Source: a virus
Virus record (IMG/VR): IMGVR_UViG_3300025168_000071
Span: 4,796 to 68,795 of that record
Length of the DNA stretch: 64,000 nt
Strand: one strand, 5' to 3'
The notes beneath the pieces are model-generated. The model was not told the origin of the DNA, did no database searches, and saw only the letters and a program-made list of their open reading frames with translations. Positions 56,569 through 64,000 of the stretch are shown here, piece after piece (position 1 is the stretch's first letter; the number at the start of each line of letters is the position of its first letter). The translations under genes were made by a program, and so were the position numbers.

Positions 56569-57060
56569 TTACTTTCCTTTTGTGTTTGTGTTATTTGTAT
56601 TGTTATCGGTGCTTCCGAGGGCACCGTCACCTCGATTACTAATGGTCATTGGGTAATCATATAGGTTTCCCACAGTCTCTTGCGGCCTAAAATGTACAAC
56701 CGGGAGAAGAACTACCTGTGCAATTTTATCGCCGGGCTGGACGTCCTGTGGCTCTCGACCCACGTTGTGTAGGTTGATGAAGACCTCGCCTTCGTAGCCC
56801 GAGTCGATTACACATGCACCAACAAGTAGGCTTTTCTTAGCGGCATTGCCTGAACGGTTCTTTACCTCCAGCATGTAGCCATGTGGCACACCAAACTTAA
56901 GGCCCGTCGGCAAGATAACCGAGTCGCCGGGTACGACGCTAACGGGTTCACGAATGTCTCCCCACTGCGGGGAATAGAACACGTCCAAACCAGCATCCGA
57001 GGGATTAGCTCGGTCAGGAGTGTGTACATCTTCGTGAGTCTTTTGATATTCTAAGATCAT
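56569..57060 (-). CDS. dut: dUTPase
   Basis: AGLD, NRSG, IDSGYEGE, IAQ, RGDGALGST. Confidence 0.95.
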   Translation of the reverse strand: MILEYQKTHEDVHTPDRANPSDAGLDVFYSPQWGDIREPVSVVPGDSVILPTGLKFGVPHGYMLEVKNRSGNAAKKSLLVGACVIDSGYEGEVFINLHNVGREPQDVQPGDKIAQVVLLPVVHFRPQETVGNLYDYPMTISNRGDGALGSTDNNTNNTNTKGK

Positions 57061-57323
57061 TACTCTTCACCCTCCTTAGCGTCAGTGCCGGAAAAAGTAT
57101 TGAAGTTATCTACAATCTCATCAATATCATATTTTCCCTGAAACAATCTAAACGCCTTTACCGCTGACCGGATCTCGTCTGCGCTGAGCCATGAGTTCTC
57201 CTTGAACTCTTGGCGCAGATCGCGCTTCTGCTCCTTGTATGGTTCCATAGCTTCTTCAATAGCTTTAAGTGAACGGATGTATTCCTTCACGTAACGCTTC
57301 TTCTCTTCATGTGTGTTGGCCAT
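57060..57323 (-). CDS. Small dsDNA-binding protein (T4 DsbA/GapR-like)
   Basis: YIRSLKAIEE...KEQKRDL..E.K. Confidence 0.5.
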   Translation of the reverse strand: MANTHEEKKRYVKEYIRSLKAIEEAMEPYKEQKRDLRQEFKENSWLSADEIRSAVKAFRLFQGKYDIDEIVDNFNTFSGTDAKEGEE

Positions 57324-57346
57324 TAAGCCCTCCTTTATTCTTTATT

Positions 57347-57375
57347 ATAATAACAAACTTGAAGCCGAATGTCAA
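57347..57375 (-). promoter_or_regulatory. sigma70 promoter
   Basis: TTGACA-N17-TATTAT. Confidence 0.65.
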
Positions 57376-57382
57376 TAGTTTT

Positions 57383-58108
57383 TTATAAAATTCTTTCGCC
57401 GAATAGCTGAAAAATAAACTGTTTGACGAGGTTATCCTTATCCACGATGTCATCTCGCTCGGCGAACATGTAGTTGTAGCTTTGCATTTGTGTTGTGATG
57501 AGATTTTGTAGTACATCTATCTCTCTTTTCATCCACTTCAGCTGCTGCCGGTAGTTTTTTGGTAACGGCACTTTGAGCTTCTCTGCATAATCTATCAACA
57601 GAAAGTATTGAGATTCTTCAAGTGCTGTCTTAGCTTTGGTAAACATAATCTCGTATTCTTTCTTTTCTTCATCAGTTAAATCTGCAGTTGCTACTTTATC
57701 TGGGTGGAGCTTTTGTGCCAATTTCTTAAATAGCTTAGTAAAAACCTCGTGCATTTCTTTTTCATCTGCACTGGTGGTGGAGTCTTTTGTCCCCACCTCG
57801 GGTTGTTCTGAGCCGGCTTCGCCGTCATATAATATTATCTCTGTCGAGCCGGCGTAATCTGATGTCTTTCTTTTGTTTGTTTCGCGGAGATGTTCAGCGT
57901 GTTCTGCGAAAGCTTTATCTCGATGGGCGGCGCTTCCTCTGTTGAGTTCTTCAATGTCTACTTTGTGTCTTTTACAAAAATCTTCATAGTGTGCCTGAAA
58001 TTCAGGCGCCATCTCTTCACTAATTTGTTGTACGATCCCCAACTCTTCGTGCATGTAGCGCAATTGGTTGACGATCTTACGCCATTTAAGTTTCTGGGAA
58101 GCTGACAC
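57383..58108 (-). CDS. J-domain-like protein
   Basis: LFKKLAQKLHPDK. Confidence 0.7.
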   Translation of the reverse strand: MSASQKLKWRKIVNQLRYMHEELGIVQQISEEMAPEFQAHYEDFCKRHKVDIEELNRGSAAHRDKAFAEHAEHLRETNKRKTSDYAGSTEIILYDGEAGSEQPEVGTKDSTTSADEKEMHEVFTKLFKKLAQKLHPDKVATADLTDEEKKEYEIMFTKAKTALEESQYFLLIDYAEKLKVPLPKNYRQQLKWMKREIDVLQNLITTQMQSYNYMFAERDDIVDKDNLVKQFIFQLFGERIL

Positions 58109-58137
58109 ATCGATTACCTCGCTGTACTAACTATGTC

Positions 58138-58743
58138 CTACTTGAAGTCAAACTTAACACTGGCAGTAATTTTTAATGCCGGGATGTGTGCATGGTTAAC
58201 AAGATTGTGCCGGCGGGCCTCATCAATGTCAAGAAACCAGTCGGCATGACCCTTCTCGTGGACAGCGTCTAAGAAGTAATTCTTATGATGGCCACAATTC
58301 TCAGCCATCATCTGATAAACCTTTTTATTGAGGCGGTCGACTTCTTCAGCATCGGCTTTGATCTCTTCAACTTTCCCCCACCCCATTGAGCTAACATCGT
58401 GAATCATTAATGTAGCGTCGGGATCCATATAACGATGACCTTCGCTACCAAAGCTGAATAAGATGGCGCCGCATGACATAGCTTTCCCCTGTACAATAGT
58501 AGCCACTGGTATATTGGAGTGTTTGATGTCAGAAATCATGGACATCAAACTATACACTTGGCCACCGTAACTATCGATTATAATAGGGACAATCGGCTGG
58601 CCCGTATTCTGGGCCTTCGACATTTTAGTGCTGAACTCGTTCGCAGCACTCTCATCAAACTTTCTAACTCTAATGACCATCGGAAGGTCATCAATTAGCT
58701 CTTTCTCTTTTAAGAGCGGACTAAAGAATTTCATTACTTTCAT
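58138..58743 (-). CDS. clpP: Second ClpP-family protease
   Basis: IDSYGG, GKAMSCG, MIHDV, DWF. Confidence 0.85.
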   Translation of the reverse strand: MKVMKFFSPLLKEKELIDDLPMVIRVRKFDESAANEFSTKMSKAQNTGQPIVPIIIDSYGGQVYSLMSMISDIKHSNIPVATIVQGKAMSCGAILFSFGSEGHRYMDPDATLMIHDVSSMGWGKVEEIKADAEEVDRLNKKVYQMMAENCGHHKNYFLDAVHEKGHADWFLDIDEARRHNLVNHAHIPALKITASVKFDFK

Positions 58744-58748
58744 GTTGT

Positions 58749-61700
58749 TTACCCCAGTTGTTTAAACGACTTTCCTACGGCATAGGTGGAGAATCCCCAC
58801 TGTTCATCGTATTTCAGACGTGCCATATATGGTCGGTTTAAGTATATACGATCCTTCTCGGGTTTAATACCCCAACATCTAATCTTTGTTGACTGATTGT
58901 TTGAATCGATGACCTCTACGATCCAGTAAAGCTTACCGTTCTTCGTCTTCTTTGGTATGATCTTGCGAGGAATAAACCAGCACAAGAAAAGATCCGGGTC
59001 AAACTCAGAGATAGGTGGAACACCCTTCTCCTTGAGACGTTCGACTGTGGCCTGTTTGATCACCAAGTTAAGCGGGAAAACGCCAGTTAAATCTGACTTA
59101 AACTGGATGATCTCCTCCTCACTAAAGTCTCCCTCTGGCCTGAATGTCTCGATGTTATCGCCGAAGCGCTTAAGGTTCTTGGGCCTGTCTACAATACATG
59201 CAGACCAAAAATGTTTACGACCAGTAAACCGATCATCTACAATGTGATCCAGCGCGCCGGCGCGACACATGGCATCCAACGCCTTCTTATTGAGTTTGCT
59301 ATAAACTACCTCTTCTCGGAACAAAAGATCCTCGGCGTTCGTGAACGGGCGATTGTTTAGAATCTGCTCAATGGCCGACATTCCCAAGCCCTTAATGGAT
59401 GTGAGGGGTTGGATGAGTGTCTTCCCGTCGTCGCTAATTTCCCACACAGTACCAGACTTATTGATGTCCAACGCTGCAATCTCAAAACCAAACTGCTTGG
59501 CAATATTAATAGCCTTCTCTTTACGAGTCTCTGGCTCTTTGTCCAAGAATGCTGCCATCCATTCGGCTGGGTAGTAAGTCCAGAGCCAAGCACATTGATA
59601 AGAAATCATGCTGTATGAAACGGCATGTGACTTGTTAAAGCCATAGCCCGAGAAGAATTCAAACTTGTTCCACAGGCTAATTGCTGCGTCCTTGTCGATT
59701 CCCTTCCCCACACAACCTTCCACAAACTTAATGCGAAGTTTTGTTTTGATGCCACCTTTTCCAGTACCCTTCTTGGTCAGTACTTTGCGAAGCTTGTTTC
59801 CTTCGTCAAGCGTAAGGTCGCCCAGCTTGTGGGCTAACAGTGCGATCTGCTCTTGGAAGATTAGGAATCCGAATGTTTCTTCGGTGATCTCTCTATCATC
59901 ATCTGAAAGGTATTGGATGCGGTGGGGGTGTCCCATTGCTTCAATATACTCCTCATGTACATCGGCCGACAGTGGGCCGGGCCGATAGATGGATGTGATG
60001 GCTGAGATATCAATGATATTGTTCGGCTTCACTCTCTTGCAGAAGTTCTGTGCACCTGTCTCAGTGAACTGGAAGATGCCGGCCCACTTTCCTTTATGGA
60101 AGGTGTTCTTGTAAACTTTCTTGTCTTCAAGATCAACTACATCAGGATGGATAGTTTCGTCATAGTACCTCTTTACGTCGTTGAACGTCGGATTCTCGAC
60201 ACCGTGATGACGGCGCAGGATGTGCTCAATGCAGCCCTCCATCATCTTAAGTGTTGAAAGCCCAAGCAAATCGAACTTAATGAAGCCCATTGGCTCAAGG
60301 TGCCGAACGTTCTGACCCTCGGACCATGGTGTTTGTCGTACCCCGCCGGAGTTAATCAGCGGCATGTAGTTGTCAAGATTCTCAGCAACCACCACTCCAC
60401 CAGCGTGACGTGAACAACTACGTACCTGACCCACTAAGCCCTCTACGTGAGACTTGACGGCAGGATACTTAGCAAGGTATAACTGCAGCGAAGAAGAGTA
60501 TTCTATAACTTCTTCCCACGTTGGCACATATACGCCGGCTTTGATGCCGTGCTTCTGCTTGGCAAACGGCGTAGCTTCCCGCATCATAACGCTAGTGACG
60601 GTGTTGGCTTCTGTAAAGGGAACGCCATAAAGCTTAGAGATATCCTTGATCAACGAACGAAGCTGCAGAGTGTTCCAGTTGGAAATCGGAGCTACTGTAT
60701 CTTCTCCCCACATGTCGACCAGCTTCTCCTTCAACATCATACTGTCTGATACATCATAATCGATATCAGGATAGTCGGTGGCGTCGGAACGCAAGAACCG
60801 AGAAAACAGTAGATTGTATTTGATCGGATCTATCTGTGTGATGCCAAGTGCGTACGCTACCAGTGAGCCGGCGGCTGAACCTCGGCCGGGACCTGCGAGC
60901 ATCATACTATTCGCCACATCAGAGATTGCTTTCATTGTCAGGAAGTATTTGCTGAATCCTCGGTCATCGATGACATGCAACTCATGGTTGAGGCGATCCA
61001 TATACTCTTGATTTTCGTGCAGCCCTGCCTCTCTCAAGCCTTCTAATGAAAGATTGATCAAAGCCTCGGTGTCTGTAAATCCAGCCGGCACCACAAACGA
61101 TGGCAAGCGCACAGTATTGTCAGGCAAGAACCTGTCGATGCGCTCATGGGCAATCTTATGTGTCTGTTCGATTGAATCGAGAACAAGTTGATCATCATAA
61201 TCATATCCCTCGGAGTACTTCTTGTAGCTCTCCCACATCTGGTCGCCGTTCTTGGGATACAATTCGTATCCAATCTCATCTACATCGACTGGAAGTTCAT
61301 TATCCTTAGCCCACTCTGGGGCGCCCTTACCAAGCCAGCCTAAGCGCTTGTAAAGCTCACGGTCCTTCCAAGCGTCGGGGTTGGGGTAGTGGCTATCGGC
61401 TGTAGAGATCATACCGACACCAAATTCTTTGGCAACAGTAATAATGTGCTGGTTAAGCGCATGTTGTTCTGGGATGTTATTCCATTGCAGTTCTGCATAC
61501 CAACGATCCCCAAAGATGTCTACCATCTTCTCGGTCGTCTCGCGCATTGCGTCGAGTACTGCGGGTTCTCCGGAGTCGCGGTTCTCCCAGTAGTTACCCG
61601 CATACACACCGCCAAGACAAGCGGACGCGGCGATGATGCCTTCGTTATACTTCTTAAGCAACGCATAATCAATGCGCGGATATCGGTAATAGTTCTCCGG

Positions 61701-62171
61701 CTGGTATGACTCGGAGATGAGCTTGAACAGATTGTTGAGACCGGTCTGATTTTGAACCAGAAGAATCAGGTGGCGGCGCCGGCGCAATAGATCTTGTACC
61801 CGCTTGCTGTCACCCTCGTTCTCAACAGTTGCCCCAGACTGTTCATCTTTCTTCGCGCTTCTGGCGCGCTTCTTATCTTCCATGACGGTAGTGTACTCGT
61901 CACGCCACTCATCGAGAGACGGCAAGAAATATGCTTCACACCCAAAGATAGGCTTGAATTCCTTACCCTCCTCTTGCATCTTACGCGCATGTAAGACTTG
62001 ATACGCTAACCCATTCATGTTCCCATGATCGGTCAGTGCCAGTGCGTCACCCCCATTCTCATAAGCGTAATCCATGTGTGCTTGGGGATACCCCAGTGCG
62101 TCGAAAATAGAACCCGCCACGCTATGCGCATGCAGGCCTACAAATTTAATCTTGGATGTGGTTCTATCCAA
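58749..62171 (-). CDS. dnaE: DNA polymerase III alpha subunit
   Basis: PHP LHAHS/LTDHG, GRGSAAGSLVAY, PDIDYD, KFDLLGL, FNKSH. Confidence 0.97.
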   Translation of the reverse strand: MDRTTSKIKFVGLHAHSVAGSIFDALGYPQAHMDYAYENGGDALALTDHGNMNGLAYQVLHARKMQEEGKEFKPIFGCEAYFLPSLDEWRDEYTTVMEDKKRARSAKKDEQSGATVENEGDSKRVQDLLRRRRHLILLVQNQTGLNNLFKLISESYQPENYYRYPRIDYALLKKYNEGIIAASACLGGVYAGNYWENRDSGEPAVLDAMRETTEKMVDIFGDRWYAELQWNNIPEQHALNQHIITVAKEFGVGMISTADSHYPNPDAWKDRELYKRLGWLGKGAPEWAKDNELPVDVDEIGYELYPKNGDQMWESYKKYSEGYDYDDQLVLDSIEQTHKIAHERIDRFLPDNTVRLPSFVVPAGFTDTEALINLSLEGLREAGLHENQEYMDRLNHELHVIDDRGFSKYFLTMKAISDVANSMMLAGPGRGSAAGSLVAYALGITQIDPIKYNLLFSRFLRSDATDYPDIDYDVSDSMMLKEKLVDMWGEDTVAPISNWNTLQLRSLIKDISKLYGVPFTEANTVTSVMMREATPFAKQKHGIKAGVYVPTWEEVIEYSSSLQLYLAKYPAVKSHVEGLVGQVRSCSRHAGGVVVAENLDNYMPLINSGGVRQTPWSEGQNVRHLEPMGFIKFDLLGLSTLKMMEGCIEHILRRHHGVENPTFNDVKRYYDETIHPDVVDLEDKKVYKNTFHKGKWAGIFQFTETGAQNFCKRVKPNNIIDISAITSIYRPGPLSADVHEEYIEAMGHPHRIQYLSDDDREITEETFGFLIFQEQIALLAHKLGDLTLDEGNKLRKVLTKKGTGKGGIKTKLRIKFVEGCVGKGIDKDAAISLWNKFEFFSGYGFNKSHAVSYSMISYQCAWLWTYYPAEWMAAFLDKEPETRKEKAINIAKQFGFEIAALDINKSGTVWEISDDGKTLIQPLTSIKGLGMSAIEQILNNRPFTNAEDLLFREEVVYSKLNKKALDAMCRAGALDHIVDDRFTGRKHFWSACIVDRPKNLKRFGDNIETFRPEGDFSEEEIIQFKSDLTGVFPLNLVIKQATVERLKEKGVPPISEFDPDLFLCWFIPRKIIPKKTKNGKLYWIVEVIDSNNQSTKIRCWGIKPEKDRIYLNRPYMARLKYDEQWGFSTYAVGKSFKQLG

Positions 62172-62189
62172 AATACCCTCCTGTTTTAT

Positions 62190-63062
62190 TTACTCTACTA
62201 ATGTAGCATGTTTGTGGGGTCCTGTCAACCCCTTATATGGTTTTTCTATAACTTTCTCGGAACCGAGGAATGCCCTATAGCCTTCCCAAGTAGACATGTC
62301 ATAGGCCCACTCCAATTCAACAGAGTGGGAATCGACTTCGCTTACTTCGCTAAAAACCTGATTGAAATTGAAGTTTTTTGCGGACCACCTCTCCGCTAGA
62401 GGGAGGCGTTTTGATGGGTACTTTTCTCCCGGGGATGGTGGTAAAAACTCCCGCGTTGTTAGTTGGTTTATTTTTCTTCGACATTGTATAAAATCTTCTC
62501 CTGTCATTGTGAACGACAAAGGTAATTGCCCTTTCACGTTCTTGTCGTTATAAGTTAAAAAGAAATTAACCTTTGGATTGGCAATCTCTCTTCTGTATTC
62601 TCGCAATGAATAAATGTCATGTGCACTCATGGGAAACGAAACAAAATACTTCTCTGGGACGAGCCATTTAGATATCTTGTTTGCTACCCACCATGCTGAA
62701 TTCACTCCATGTAGAACTGACCACCCGTAAGAATCACGGCGGTCGTGGTCACGATAATTAATCGGTACGTAATAAATAGGTATCTCTCGCCGTACTTCTT
62801 TGTAGAATTTAATTTTTGTTCGATTATAATAAACGGGATCTTGTACCCAGTCCCCTACACACTTGCGGATAATTGGAGCCAGATCTTGGTTGGCCACGAT
62901 CCATATGGTCTTGCAACCGGCGATGGCACATTCAAAAACAGACTTTTGAATAGCTGTGAACCCCTTATCAACTGGCAGCATACAAGACGGCAAGTCTAAG
63001 TTGTGTTCTGTAGTCATGTTGGCTAAGGGGATAATCCCGGCGACGTGTCTTCTCTGGCTCAC
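62190..63062 (-). CDS. Sugar-phosphate nucleotidyltransferase-like protein (degenerate)
   Basis: AGIIPLA...P.CMLPV...AGC..IWIV; W.YDMSTWEGY. Confidence 0.5.
   Translation of the reverse strand: MSQRRHVAGIIPLANMTTEHNLDLPSCMLPVDKGFTAIQKSVFECAIAGCKTIWIVANQDLAPIIRKCVGDWVQDPVYYNRTKIKFYKEVRREIPIYYVPINYRDHDRRDSYGWSVLHGVNSAWWVANKISKWLVPEKYFVSFPMSAHDIYSLREYRREIANPKVNFFLTYNDKNVKGQLPLSFTMTGEDFIQCRRKINQLTTREFLPPSPGEKYPSKRLPLAERWSAKNFNFNQVFSEVSEVDSHSVELEWAYDMSTWEGYRAFLGSEKVIEKPYKGLTGPHKHATLVE
62200..62228 (-). promoter_or_regulatory. Probable sigma70 promoter of dnaE
   Basis: TTGACA-N17-TACATT with TG extension. Confidence 0.5.
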
Positions 63063-63940
63063 AAAACCCTCAAAAGTCTATCGTAGGCCACACTAGCCGA
63101 TGATAGATTTTTGTATAGACTGTGTTCAGTGTATCTTGGAATCTCGACATAGCTCTGTGACGATTCAATCTTCTCATTGTCTTTTTGCGCTCCTCGCGCG
63201 ATGTGTGTTGTTCTAAATTTATAGTGTTTGGGCTTTCCATTTGGTCCGTATCCATTAAATTTTCCTTTCATCCCTCGATTCTCCATCTCGTGGATCATCT
63301 TGAATCTTGCCATGGTTTCTGAGTAATCGAAATCTGTCAACTGTTCAGCCGTCAAGCGTGATACCACACAAGCGTCTTTAACAGGACTATTGCCATCAAT
63401 TCTATCAGAAGAATAGAACCATATGGTCCCAACGAAATCATCTTTAGTTTTAATGAAGTCAACATCGTGCTTCCCTCCTCGATTGAATGCTATCCAATCA
63501 TAACATATATAGGTGCGCCTGTCAATAGGCTTTTCATTTAAAAGTTTGTGACAATTTTTGTCACCGAAGTAATAGCAGTGGTTAAAATTAACTTCAGCTA
63601 TCTTGGAGTATTCGTCTGAGAAGATAATAGAAGAGCCGGTGTAGCGCATCGACCGGCAAAGTGCGGCAAGGGGGGCCTTACCAAAATAGGAAAGAATGAA
63701 CATCAGTCGTTCCCATAGTATTTCTTTGGGTAGTCCAACTTTTATTTCTCCAGCTATTGACTTTAAGACTCTCTCCTCATTCTCCAAGTTCAAATCAGAT
63801 AAGTCCAATGACGGATCAACAAAGTCGAACCGAAATGGTCGTTCAGCCTCCGAAAAGAAAACCGGCAGTTGATTGTTAAAAGCAAACATTAATGCTTCAA
63901 GCGAGCTACCGATCACTATCTTGTCATAATCAAGAATCAC
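63059..63940 (-). CDS. Hypothetical protein with Rossmann-like N-terminus
   Basis: YDKIVIGSSLEAL. Confidence 0.55.
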   Translation of the reverse strand: MILDYDKIVIGSSLEALMFAFNNQLPVFFSEAERPFRFDFVDPSLDLSDLNLENEERVLKSIAGEIKVGLPKEILWERLMFILSYFGKAPLAALCRSMRYTGSSIIFSDEYSKIAEVNFNHCYYFGDKNCHKLLNEKPIDRRTYICYDWIAFNRGGKHDVDFIKTKDDFVGTIWFYSSDRIDGNSPVKDACVVSRLTAEQLTDFDYSETMARFKMIHEMENRGMKGKFNGYGPNGKPKHYKFRTTHIARGAQKDNEKIESSQSYVEIPRYTEHSLYKNLSSASVAYDRLLRVL

Positions 63941-64000
63941 TCTTCGTTCTTAATATCTTGAATTAGCTGGTGAATATCCAAGCCGGCACAATCAATCTTT

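Noticed and set aside
58749-62171. Intein or intron in dnaE
   Set aside because: Length is normal and no splicing motifs were seen

Overview
64 kb of a large (jumbo-type) dsDNA tailed bacteriophage genome, standard genetic code, with essentially all real genes on the minus strand. About 1-16 kb: probable late/virion and cargo genes, many sharing an N-terminal MKLLLENWRxxLNE leader, plus a myxobacteria-style vWA lipoprotein. About 16.4-36.5 kb: a hyperplastic early region with three main components: (i) 17 copies of a promoter cassette (sigma70 -35/-10 preceded by two TGACA boxes 11 bp apart, whose TGA often serves as the stop codon of the upstream gene); (ii) tandem arrays of small SH3/KOW-like 'MQVGDLV...LEVIxxSR' genes chained by a conserved dual-coding junction with exact 14-bp overlaps; (iii) a MoxR-type AAA ATPase/vWA-peptidase pair, two candidate structured ncRNAs and five tRNAs (two probable AUA decoders). 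About 36.5-64 kb: replication, metabolism and proteostasis genes (DnaE, dUTPase, IMPDH/GMPR, DNA methyltransferases, GroEL, two ClpP, J-domain, thioredoxin, stand-alone sigma-4 protein). All functional calls come from manual motif reading; no database searches were run. Many short ORFs absent from the supplied track were translated by hand.
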